The translations under genes were made by a program, and so were the position numbers. A DNA stretch of 63,320 nucleotides, the filler included, from Hyphochytrium catenoides (taxonomy: Eukaryota; Protista; Hyphochytriomycota): NCBI GenBank assembly GCA_900088475.1. It is 9 parts of 9 records of this genome, joined end to end, with 100 filler letters (N's around TTAATTAATTAA, not from the genome) between each part and the next. Parts side by side here need not be neighbours in the genome. Positions count along the whole stretch, not along the records: positions 27,680 to 51,866 come from FLMG01002923.1; 8 more parts are not named here. One strand, given 5' to 3'. The notes beneath the pieces were generated by a model, which saw nothing but the letters and a program-made list of their open reading frames with translations, was not told where the DNA came from and ran no database searches. This document shows positions 37,808-49,700 of the stretch, piece after piece (position 1 is the stretch's first letter; each line of letters begins with the position of its first letter).

Positions 37808-40800
37808 TCACGTTCCGAGCTCTTCCTCAATGAAGGTGTACATCTCTTCCGCATAACTCACCACACCCTGCATTGCCTCCATAACAGCCTGATACTCGTT
37901 CCTGCTTCTTCCTCTACCTTCCTGCATGCTGGCATGAGTGCTACTTACCATAGAGCTAACAAGACTGTCAAGAGCCCCACTAAGCGTGTGCAGCGCCGCT
38001 TGAAGTTTGAAGGCCCCCACATATTCGGACGTGTCCCCCAGCACTCTTAGAAGCTCTTTGGCCTTCTCTGTCTCCTGGCGCTCTGCGGCAGCCCTCAGTT
38101 GGGGAATTAGCTCGTCCTGGCACATCTGCTTGAAGCGGTATATCATCTGAAAATATAGCTGATCATTGCCCTCAAAGCGTTTCTTAGCATGGAGTGCCGA
38201 CGATGCGTTCTGGATCCCTTTCATATTATTCTGGGCAGCCCCAAGACCATAAGAAAGGTCGTCATACTTCGTTGCCGGTAGGTTGACCTCCGTCATCGCC
38301 TTAGTAAAGCTACAACGCTCCGCCTCTCTGTTGTCATGATCTTCCGATGGAATGTGCAGAGACTCTGGTAGAAGGAAGTGCCGTGAGCTGATGGACAAAA
38401 GGCGGCGATAGCGGTTCGGGGAGACTTTCTCCCCTAAGGAGAGAGCTCGAGCCAATTCTTCAGTTCGCGGCGATTGTCTATAGTTGATAGCCATCGCTAT
38501 CATGTCATCCTGGTTGGTGAAGAGCTGAGGAATAGGGGAACCTGCAAGCAGAGCGGCTGCCGTCTCTTGCTCCTCCTCTGAGAGTTTACTGTCCAAACAG
38601 TGCCGAAGAGCTTGGAAGTATCTGATAAACATGTCGTTGTTCCCCTTCCGACATTGGTCAGCGGCCACATCCGCCAATGCCTCCGCAAGGCCCCTCGTCC
38701 TACCACTCGCATCTGCCACTGCTGCCATGATTGAGGATTCTCCTTGCAAGGGCTTAAAACTTGACCTAAACATGCCACACCCTTCTTGGTCCTCCCTGGT
38801 GATATTACTTTGACCTATGAAGAAGCTTGCAAGGTTCAAGTTCTGATAGACCATGAAACAGGAGTTAGTCACGCTTAGCACTGTAGAGGATGCTCATAGA
38901 GGTGCAGCCTATCGAACCTTCTCATCCTGGCTCTTCAAGTAGTCATTGCTGTTCTTCAGCTCAATTTCCTGCACTCTCTTGCGCATCTGCAGTGGGAAAA
39001 GGGCTCCGCATTGGAGACTTTCTTCGTGCTTCTTAGATAGTCCATGGCGCATCTCTTTCGAAGCCTTCAATTGACACTTAGCCTATGTGGAGCCGGGAAA
39101 GTGGGTGAGCTATAGTGGTAACCTTCATTCTGCAAGCCAGTCACCTATGTTCAACCCTTCTCTCATTCAGATCCGGACAGTCCGGCCCAGGCATTAGCAT
39201 TTTAAGTGTCGAATACCTTGAAAAGAACGCGCTCCATCTGGCGGTGGGCACTGCGACCATTTCCACCAGAGCTCGTATCGACGATATGAAGGCGACAGAT
39301 ACCTCGTCTATCGATCACATAATCACCTCTGGTAGGCAACTATGGTGCCAGACGCGGTGCAAGTTACACTCCTAGGTTTATTCTGGCATAAGGGAAGTAG
39401 ATCGTCTTACCGTCTCTGCCTGTTGACGCAGAATAGCTAGGTTGCCTTGATAGTCAGCGCTGAGATAGAACCAGTCTTGCTCAAAGAATATTTCGCCCAG
39501 GTTCATTACCTCCCCGCTCTATGGTTATGGCACATAAGGATCATCCTGATAGACCCCCAGGAAGAGTTGAAGTCCTTGACGCACCTTATCCTTGCAGTCC
39601 TTCCTGGCTGGACGGACTTTCCACTTTCCAATCATGCGCGGAACCTTATTCCGAACTTTCTGCACTGCATCTGATTCTCCCTGCCATTCGGTCCCATCGT
39701 CCATGATCTAGTGGCATGTGATCGAAGCACAAAGTGTTTGTTGAATGGGAATGTTTAGGACATCCATTCACTTCCTATTATAAAAAGCCAAAAGTGAAAA
39801 GAGCGACGGCTGATTGTGTTTGTACCTTGGGTAGCATGGCACGAACCGCCACAGGGAAGCCCACATTGGTCACGATGTCATCCATAGTAAGAACCTCGTC
39901 ATTCTGAGGGTTCATGGACTTTGTAGACAGCGCGGGGGCTTCCCTAACCTTCGCTCCGAGTACGCTTCCATTCTGCCATGTGTCTCCGGGCCCAGCTGCA
40001 ATCTGTAGCCACACGTTAGAACCATACGTGATCGTGTCCGAGTTGTTGAGGTCGTTCATGTCAATGAGAGTAAAAAGAACTTTATCCGGTCCATTAGTCG
40101 ACGACGGATTGCGGAGATGCTCCAGGGGCTGGACATGGATCTTGGTCTGCTGGCGGTCTTCTACCTACAATGGAAGGAAGACAGTGGCGGTGGCATGAAC
40201 GCAAAGTTTAAGACCTTTCCCCCTTTTACTCGAGAGGTCGTGAAAGATGTGCAAACAGTCAGATGCGACCCAATAGAGGCACCTGTCCACAAAATCACAA
40301 TCGAAGGATAAGGAACAGGGAAATAGAAAGCCCGGAAATGGGAAGGTCAAAGGAGCAATTAGAAGGCCTGGAACAGGAGGAGAAAGACCCACAGCTGACC
40401 ATCAAGAACTTCCCATCCAGCATCTCTATAGCCACAGTGCACCCATAGTGTATTTTAGCGTTTGCCTGAATGCTAAAGCTTGAGAGAAGCTTCCTATCGG
40501 GAAACTTTTCCCGTTCTTTCGTGCCCGGCTGCGAGGTGGAGGAGGCGATCTTTGGTCCGGGTTTGGGAGACCGACTGCTCATAGGCGTGGACACCCTGTT
40601 TACAATGGAAGGGAGACACTCCTCAGCCCCTGCTTTCTTCTCCTCTCTTGCACTTGCTGATATCTTGACCAAGTTTTCCTCTTCTATGGGCTGGTGCTCC
40701 TCATGGTGGTCCTGGTCATCCGCGCCATCAGTTAGTTCGTCCTGCTGAGAGCGGCGCGGTTGTTCCTCTTTAGTGAGATCCTGGCATCCATTTGCTGAGG

Positions 40801-41331
40801 TTATCATCTCCTGCTGCTCGTCAATGACTTGGCGCAGGGCTTGTCCTGACTGAACCTTGGCCCTTCGCATCGCCGACATCTTGCTAGAGGAAAGGAAGTG
40901 ACATGCGGGTGTAATGAGTGCGAAAGAGGATAGATAACGTCAGTCACGAAGTTGCACGGACTCAGGTACCCGAAGAGAGCCGATGATGTCAGTGGGCATT
41001 GAGAAGGAAAGCACGACAGCAGGCGATGGGAACAGACATTGAAACCAAATAGAAAAAATGAGGAATGCATGAATTTTGTCCTTCCTTACACATTGGTCCA
41101 AATGTCATCACTCTTGCTAAACGACTTAGGGTTCCTGCCCTTCACGAGGGCTAAATGATGCCGTTCAGACAGCTCCCGCCTCCGTAAAAGTGTCTTATTG
41201 GGCGCACTTAGCAAGGGACCCGGAGGCTTCCCGACAGCTGAGCTCACAGCAGTAAGCATTGGAGGACTGCTAGAAGCTGCCATTTGGCTTGAGGCGGTCT
41301 TCTTTGCCGGGGCCTCAGAGCTATGCTGCAT
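37808..41331 (-). CDS. Large uncharacterised protein: beta-trefoil/CFAP161-like repeats plus a C-terminal His-less HPt-like domain (~8 exons)
   Basis: GT-AG exon chain from ATG 41331 to TGA 37808, with the distal junctions checked as phase 0. The last exon starts 'NLNLASFF' after a GACTAAC branch point. Repeats 'IHYGCTVAIE', 'ITYGSNVWLQ' and 'VMNLGEIFFEQ'. The C-terminus 'AKKRFEGNDQLYFQMIYRF..LIPQLRAAAERQETEKAKELLRVLGDTSEYVGAFKLQAALHTL' fits the HPt pattern. Confidence 0.7.
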
Positions 41332-41709
41332 CTTGAACCTTCAAGGCAGGGTTGCGAACTACACCACAGAGAGTCCCGGCTACCGCTGGGGTGCAGAAGT
41401 CAGGATGGTCTGTCACGAATCATTGCGCACTAAGGGAAAAATCCGGCAGCATGTCCTCAGCAATTGCTTTCGTGGGCGCTATGCCGGGCAGCTCAACTAG
41501 GTAATGTCTTCAGCTACCCTCTTGTGCAGCAGCGCTGCTGGGAGGTGGAATATAGCAGAATTCTTATCAGTCCGTTGCTGAGGCGACTCACCGCCGTATG
41601 ACTAATGGGTAGAGAAGAGCACAACGGAGAGAATGAGAAACAAAGAGCGAGGTCCCAACAAGAAGTAGCTAGAGGGCGAGACAGAGAAAGGAGGAAAGAT
41701 AGGAGAGAG

Positions 41710-41748
<39 letters not shown>

Positions 41749-42431
41749 CAAAGAGGGTGCGAGGGCGACAGACAAGGAAAGAGAGATGTAGCTCAACTTG
41801 CACGTGGTTCCCCTCCTCCTCCTCCTCCTCCTCCTCCTCTCCCAATACAGTACAGTACAAGTAGGGGCAACCCATCATCCCATCATCATCATCTTCAACC
41901 TGAACGCTGGTCATACTATTCAGGAATATAATATTTGTTTATTCCAAATCAACACTGAAGATGTTCGCACTGATGATAACGCAAAAAGTCTAAAGGTCAC
42001 TGCCACTTCTTCACTTCCAGCCGCGTCTCGGCGCTCGTGAGCTGGCAAGGTGCCTGCCGCTGCCGCGCTGTGGACCTGCATGTAGACAAGAGAAAGACAA
42101 CATCACACGGACTTGCTTGCCTGATGGACTTCTGTGCTGCAAGCCTGAGAGATGAAGAGAGGTGATGGACAGCAGGAAGAGGGAGAGCGTGACGCAAGCC
42201 TGAGGGAGCGGTAGAGACCCGAGCTAGGATACTTCTTTCAATGGTTGGGCCACTGTGATGCCACAAGGAAGCTCTAGCCGATAAGAAAGAAGTAGGAAGG
42301 CGCCAGTGAAGTATTGTAGTACGAATTGCAACGCCGAGGTTTGATCAAAGTAAGGGTAGAGGTTTTTGAGTCAGTGTAAGGACAAGGTAGGGAATGGAGG
42401 ACAGTACTGCCACGTAGCCAACTTACCGAAG
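41332..42431. promoter_or_regulatory. Divergent intergenic region (candidate bidirectional promoter) containing (GA)n and (CCT)n microsatellites
   Basis: 1.1 kb between two divergently oriented ATGs (41331 on minus, 42432 on plus) within one contig. Confidence 0.4.
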
Positions 42432-45135
42432 ATGACGACCAAGATGCAGCCTCCAGATCCAGATCTGCAGCTCCTTGTACCTCTTCCGCAACCGTTCCGA
42501 TCTATACTCAAAATCATTGAAGAGGATATCATCAGTAGGGCGCTCATTAGTATAGACAAGATCAACAGGGACCGGGAGGCTGGCATATTCAAAACCAGCG
42601 AGACATACCCAGATGATCTTTACAATGTCTATGAGCCGACGGCTAGACTGGCACATGATTTCTCTCCTAAAGTACTTGGTAGAATGCCAGGGATGGGGCT
42701 ACTGATGCAGGTGTCCGATATACCTAGCGGATTGGCAATCCTTTCGCCTGACGGCAGCGACCTGCAAGCGTTGGACCTTGGCAGCCAACAACCTGTGATA
42801 AGTGGAAAGGGCGGGAAAGGAGTGCCGTTAGAGCCTGAGAGCCTTGCTGGCTTTGATCTTCGGATGGCTTGCGCCAAGCCTCAGCGTAAGAAGGCAGAAT
42901 ATTGCCTTCTGGCTTTGTGGCGACAAGAAGGTGGTCGTAAGGCAGGCTCTCTTGAGGATAAGAAGGCCCAGGCTATGGGGCTGTTGACATTGTATGCTCT
43001 ACAGGGGCAGGACTTCACACTCAAAAAAATTGTGGAAGTGTCTACGACGTTAGGGCAGGTCCGGCAACTGGAGCTGGCAAAAGATCTCTCTGCACTGGTA
43101 GTGGCTTACGAGGGCCATGGCCTCGAGCTATGGCGACTGGAAGTAAAAGAAGGCGCAGCAACCTCTACTTTTCAGCCGCAGGAGGTCAAGCTGGAGAAAA
43201 TCGAGATGAATCTGGGCTCCTCCGCAGCAGGTAACTTTTGGCCATGACATCTATTCCCCTTTGACTGACTTGGCTCTAGTGGTGCCTATCAAGCGACACC
43301 TATCTTACCATCTATGGTGATTCCCTTCTGTCATGCCTCTCACTGTGGCAAGTCGATCTGCATGTTCTCCGTTCCTCTTTGTCTCTCTCTCCTCTATCTG
43401 TCTCTGTCTCTCTCTCTTCTATCTGTCTCTGTCTCTCTCACTTTCTCTCTCTGTTGTTGCTCTCTTCTTTTCTTGTTGCTCTCTTCTCTCCCTATTGCTC
43501 TCTTCTTTCTCTTTCTCTCTGCTTCTGATGTCTCTTCTGTAGCTTTTGCCCTTACATTGTGCCATCAGGGCTTGAGCTGTCTCCCTCCCTCTGCTTTTCC
43601 ATGGCTAGTGGTTGCTTTTTATCCCTCCCGATCTCTCTCTTCTCTCTGATCTTTACGGTCACTCGTACCTCTCCATATAGAGCCCTTTTTTTGCGCTTAT
43701 ATAGTGTTCACCTTCAGGGTCAACCCCTGATAAATTGTGACGATACCTTCAACACTCTGACTCTGCCCCATAGGATCCTGGGACTTCGTCTTGGACTATT
43801 CGCCTAGTGGCAAACTCACGGCTGTCATAACGGTCTCAGCAGACTTGTCGCTTAGTCGGCGGTTGAGCATAACCCAGATCGTAAGAGTGGCATCATCTTC
43901 TGTTATAATCCATACCGGCTGTTGCTCACTGAGATTTTTGAGCGATACCTTAATATTGCTTTGCGCTCTCTCCTTTCTTCTCTCTCTCAGGATTCAAACA
44001 TTCGATTTCGAGTGACTGAAGAATGGCAGTTACGCCATAGCTCACGATTGACAACTGTCACCTTATGCAAAGATTCTCAGACCTTAGGTCTAGGTTTCTC
44101 TAGTGGATCGCTTCTCCTCATTGATGCCAGAAGGGGCGTCGACCTACATCGCATCCATTCAGTTTCCTCTTCGGTAGCTGCGGTTGCTCTCAGGGGTCAG
44201 TTTTTGCTGGCCGTGTGGGAGACGGGAGAGATTGCTCTTTACGACCTTAACCAGTCATCTTCAACTCTGGCTCGATATGCCTCTACCCGCCGTCCAGCCA
44301 GGGTTAGAAGAGTGGGAGACTTTGTGGGCAGTTCTCATCAGAAGAAGGGCCAGGATCAGGGAGCAGATGCAGTTGAAATGAAGAAAGGGACTTTCAAGGG
44401 ACTGACAATCCCTCGAGACACCCATATAGCTCTTCTCTGGATCGATCAACAAATAATCCTCTTAGACCTCCAGCGTCAGTGCCAGCAGCTGGGAAGTATT
44501 GATGTTGCCCCTTCACTCAACTTATCTGACTTTTTGACTTTGGAGGCATATGTCTTTCTCTTCTCGGCGCCTAGGGACCCGATTGGGCAGGCAAACTCTG
44601 AGCTCGGGGGATCAGATGCAAGTCTAGCAGTCCCTAATGCTCGGCAAGACGCCCCAAATGGTAAGGAGGTAGAGAGAACCACTGGGTTCGAAACCCACGT
44701 CCTCTCCGTACAAAGGGATCTAGAAACCATTTTGCCCCGGATTTCAACTTCGACTGAGCCATCGAACGGCGGCACTGGCTCCTCTAGTATCATGATCTCC
44801 ATCTTCTCCATCTCCAGCATCAGGGCGCCGTCAGAGCTTCGAGCCACCACACCTTACGCTGGCATTGAGGGCTTTTCTAGTGTAAGTCTTCATTGTCATC
44901 GATGATTACACGCAAGAATCTGCGCGAAAACAACCTCCGCTAACCAGCTTTTTAGGCGAGGACTTCGGAACGGAAGGGTCGTCGAGTAGAGCTGTCCATG
45001 GCACCTCTAGACCTTGATACGCTGGTGCAGGAGGAGGAGGCAGCATTGTCTGCTAATCGCAGTATCCGGGAGCTGACTGTATCGAAACGTCTAAACGACC
45101 TAATGAAAGCCTGCGAGGGGCATACGAGGCAATAG
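42432..45135 (+). CDS. WDR93-like (ciliary WD40-related) protein
   Basis: N-terminal 'LPQPFRSILKII..IISRAL' resembles the WDR93 'LPQPYRMI.K' motif. Degenerate WD40 blades 'LRHSSRLTTVTLCKDSQTLGLGFSSGSLLLID'. Exons ~42432-43230, a probable ~43774 exon, 43991-44881 and 44955-45135. Confidence 0.6.
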
Positions 45136-45790
45136 AGAGAGCTGCAATTGGACGGTGATCTCTTCATTTTCAACCTTGAGGCCCTAAGAAGCTTAATAGA
45201 TGCCCTGACTCAGCAGACACTTCCCCCTTACTTTTAGCTAGTCGATTCAGCAATATGGGAGCCTCCAGTAGCTACCTGCTAGTCCTTTTTTGAATGAATC
45301 TCATCCTGGTTGTTACCTGAGGTAAATTAAGGTTAATGGCATGGCAGAATAATATAACCTGCATTGCAAGGTATGACTGTGGCTCGCCAAGTTTGCACAC
45401 TTTGCAGAGGTCACAAGTGAGACTGACACTGCTGCCGGCTTCCCATTATATGTTCTGATAATCAAGAGCTATCGGCATGGCATAGGAAGTGATAGATACG
45501 ATGAAATAACGATGAGGAGTTTCCTTCTGTTCAGCTGATAGAACCCATCATAGCCCTTCTCTTTCTCTCGATGCCCTTTATTATCGACTGTCAGCACACT
45601 TCTTGGTTCACCTACGCTCATGCCAACCCTTCCTACAACCCTTTTTTCCCCCTGTGTGCTAGACAGCAACAGCAGTAGGCTAAGTAACAGCACGCAGCAA
45701 CAGCAGTAGGCCAAGTACTGTATGCAGCAGGAGGATATGTCCACGTAGCGAGGTTCCGAGTAAGCTCGGGCCTGAATCTAGTTGAGAAAA

Positions 45791-45996
45791 GGAGGGACTA
45801 CCATCCGTTAAGCTCTGGGGGAGCTACCATCCGACGATAAGCTCTGGAGGGGGAGCTATCATTCTACAATGAGCTCTGTAGGATCTATTGTCATCCGATA
45901 GGCTCTGGAGGAACTACCATTTGATAAGCTCAGGAGCTATCATCCGATGATGAGCTCTGGAAGCGCTACCATCCGATGAGCTCTGGAGGCGCTATC
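45791..45996. repeat. Minisatellite of ~7.5 units of 25-32 nt, consensus GGAGGAGCTACCATCCGATGAGCTCT
   Basis: The units can be aligned directly. The consensus unit carries an internal inverted repeat GAGCT...AGCTC. There are no unique spacers. Confidence 0.85.
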
Positions 45997-46788
45997 GATG
46001 CAAATTTGGCGTCCGTTCAGTTCGCTAAGCTGCTGCTTCTAATACCACCAACCACAGCGTTGTTAGGGTCCATTTGGCACTATACCGATCACGAATCAGC
46101 ATAGCCTGGGGTCATCATAAGATGCATAAAAGACCTTGTATACAGAATATATTTGGTCGTTACAAACTCGTTCTCAATTCTGACCGTGACTCCCCTCGTG
46201 GCCCCACTGGCGGGCGGGAGATGGCTCCATCTCTGTCTTCTCTCAGCTCTTGTTAGCCGTCTGACCCTGCTCTCTGTCTCGCCCTCAGAAGCGATGCCCT
46301 TTAGCTCAATTGGCGTGCTTTCCGCCCCTCCTCTTTCTTGCCTCTTCGTCGGCGTCATAACCAGGAGGATGTTGCTCTCCTTGACCTGGCAGCAGCAACC
46401 GAGAGTTTGGCTGTAAGACTTGACAGGACAAAGTGTGGCAGCTAAGGAATTATTAGCTGAAGGACGCAGTAGAGTGTAAAGCGGAGTGCCTTTTGGAATA
46501 CTCTTGCCGATACTCTTTCTCCTCGCTAACCTTGGTTGTTCTCGCATTACAAGGCGTGCACCGTCTCTCTGCTTTGTCAGTAGGGAAAGAAGGAGCCTGC
46601 CTGACGGATTGAAATCCTTCTTCACCACGCAGTGGCCTGCGCAGAACTGTGTAACGCTACCTTGGCCTTGTAGACGCTTTGTGATAAGGCTTTGTTGGTA
46701 GAATAGGGAGGAGCAAGAGGTTGACTCGGTGGCATCCGTCACTTAGGTGTTAGCTATTCCACTCCAGGAGGGTGACAACAAAAGACGG

Positions 46789-49700
46789 ATGACACTTTGG
46801 AGACACCGCACACTCTTCTTTGTGGGACTTCTGCTCCTCCTAAGTATCCAACAGGCTCGGCCCGAGTGCTCGAAAAGTATGTCCCTTGGTGCATGATCCC
46901 TGCCTCACCCACGACCGCTGGTCTCCCACGTGTCTCACCTGTGCTTTCCTCTGCCATCTTCTTGTTTCCATTTCCAGAATGTAGCGGTAGAGGCTTCTGT
47001 GGGCCAAAGAACAGGTATGAGGAGCCACTTGCTAAGTCTTGGGAAAGAGCAAAGTAGTGCATAGAAGAGATTGAGTACCGGAAGTACCGGAAGGGGCGGA
47101 CAGCACACTTAAAAAGTGGATGAGAGAGAGGCGGAGTCTACGACGATGCGTCCAATACTTACTAATATTCTTTTGGAACATCTCGGCTTCTGGTTAGGTG
47201 TGAGTGCAATAAAGGTTTTACCGGGCCAGACTGCAGTCTTCGCACCTGTCCTCGCGGAGTGGCCTGGTATGAGCTCAGTACCCCGGGGGAACACGTCCAC
47301 ACCTCCTTGGTAGAGTGCTCCAACAAGGTAGAGCTAGTCGGCTGGTGTGGCGTCATTATCCTCAGCTAACACTTTCTAAAGCTATGAGCCTACACTCTCT
47401 TCTGACAAGTCTTTCATCGATTTCGGCCTTCATTCTATGGCTCCCCAAGTTCCTTTTGCCATAACTGCATAGTTCTCACAAACAGTGCGCTGCCCTTTCG
47501 CGCCATGTTCTTCCCAACTAGCAGACCAAGCTTCTCATCTCTATTCCTTTCCGCAGGGCAAATGTGATCGACAACTGGGAGTCTGTCGCTGCCAGCGCGG
47601 GTTCACGGGTGAAGCCTGTGAGCGGACTGCGTGCCCTTACCGATGCAACGGACATGGACGGTGCATCAGTCTGAAGGAGGCGGAAGAAGAAGTCCCTAAG
47701 TATTTTGACGTTACTGCTGGAGAGGGAGGGGATCGCTGGGACAAGAAAAAGATTTTCGGATGCCTCTGTGACGAGGGATACGAGGGCCCTGATTGCTCCA
47801 TCAAGCTGTAGGGCCAACGACTGCTATGATCGCTCCCCGTTGCTCAGCTAGTCATTCTCTTCCTTCTTGCTTTCTTTGAGTCATTCGCCAATAAGGTTGA
47901 CCCTGCGACGGAATGCCTCTAGGTTTCTCCTCGTATCGAACGATCTCTTAAGCCTTACTCCCCCAACAGCCATGCCCTACCCCTATTGCCACTCATTGAC
48001 CTCATCCTCCTCAACTATACTATGTGTTATTAGGTGTCCTTTCGGTGACGATCCCGAGACTGTTGGGCAGGTGGACGAGATCCAGGTCCTTGACTGTCAA
48101 TGCACTGCATGCACGGCTTCTTTCTTAATCTCCTACAAGGGTGAGAAACTTTAGAAAAAGTGTGATAATAGGTGGAAGGAAAGAAAGATAAAAAGAGAGC
48201 GAGAGAGTTTGCACAAACCTCAGACAGAGAAGAACAAGGAGACGGAAGAGGGTGTGCCTTAGTGGTCCTCTCTACTGCTCTCTCTGGGACTTTGACTCAT
48301 GATCAGCCTCTCTTCTCGTTCAAATATCCTTCCATTCTCTATCGCCTTCTCCACAGGGGAGACCTCTTCTCCGATCCCCTACACGTCGGGCGCGGTAGAG
48401 TTACAGAACGCACTCACTGGTCTTGGAGGGCTTAATGGAGTCGCGGTCCTAGTATCAAGCGGATCTTCTCTCTGCTCTCCCTCTGGCGTCTCGTCATCCA
48501 TCAGATTCCCTCGCAATCCTGGAGATCTTCCATCGCTTCAGCTTATACCTGATGCCAATGGCGACGGAAGCCTAAGCATTGCAACCAGTAGGCCCATTTT
48601 CCTTTTCTTCTCTATATTCTTTTCTCTCTTTGCTTCTTTCTTCGTTCTTGCTGCTCTACTTCCGCCTCTTGGTCGCAACCGGACTGTCTATAGAGTCCTC
48701 TCTGTCTAAATAGCCGAACTGTTTGTGTCAAGCCTACTGACCTACCTCCTCTATTTTAACTCTACTATCTTTCCCCTTCCTCGATCTTCTGGCAAAGATG
48801 GTGAGCCAGGACAACACTTTGGCGCCTATTACTCGCAGCAGGGCACGCGGGAGGTAAAAGAGGTCGATGACACTTGTTTGTTCCTCTTTCCCTGATGTCG
48901 CTTTCTGTGCTTCTTCTGTCCCTGACTGTCTTGCGGCCGCGCTGCTATTGTTGACCACATCTATTGGGGCGACAGAATATTGAGTGCTCGGGTAAGTGGT
49001 TTCTTCTTAGAGTTCTTTCCCCTTCGCCTTTCTCCCTTTCACTAGTCTCTTTCTCTATCCCTCACTCCTCTATCTCACACATTCTTCCTCTGCTCCGTCC
49101 CTCTCATTCATGTCATGGGTCTGTGTCGTAGTTCTCTTCCTTCATCAAACCTTCATTCCTCCTCCCTCCTGTCCGTTCTGCCTAGAGCTCCTCCTTTTCG
49201 ATTCCACGGTCGTATGTGATGCGACCCGTCCCGTTCTCTGGTGTAGCTTGAGATGCTTCCGTGACCTCGCAACTTTGTTCTGAGATTTCTGCCTCCATCT
49301 GTGCCTGTCTTCTAACCAATCTCCTGATCCGAAGGCCGGGGGAAGTGTGATAGGGAGTCCGGATCGTGCAGTTGCTTTTCAGGTTACTCCAGCAGCGATG
49401 GTAAGGGAAGAAGATGACGGCAACAAGTAGCACATCATCCATGATACATTGTTGCCGTCTTTGTTGCCCTCTTTTTCTTCCTTCTTCTCGTCCAATTTCT
49501 TTATATCCCTTCTCTCTTTCTTCGCACTGGTCGTATGATGGACGCTAGGTGCAGTCCTTAACCTTTGATATGCTGCCCCAAAAAGGGATCCAACGCTGTC
49601 CCTCTCTCGCGCTTGTACCATCATGGGGCTAAAACTTGCCTTTAAACACTCTCACGACGCTGCGTTCCTTCTTTTTGCCGTTTACCTTCTATTCTAGGTT

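Noticed and set aside
45791-45996. CRISPR-like array
   Set aside because: The units are contiguous with no unique spacers, no cas genes are present, and the context is eukaryotic.
46089-47062. Minus-strand ORFs of 217 aa and 102 aa, plus the tandem CCGGAAG motif at ~47078-47093
   Set aside because: No recognisable motifs. The 102-aa ORF is antisense to the first EGF-gene exons, and the motif lies in an intron and is too short to support a call.
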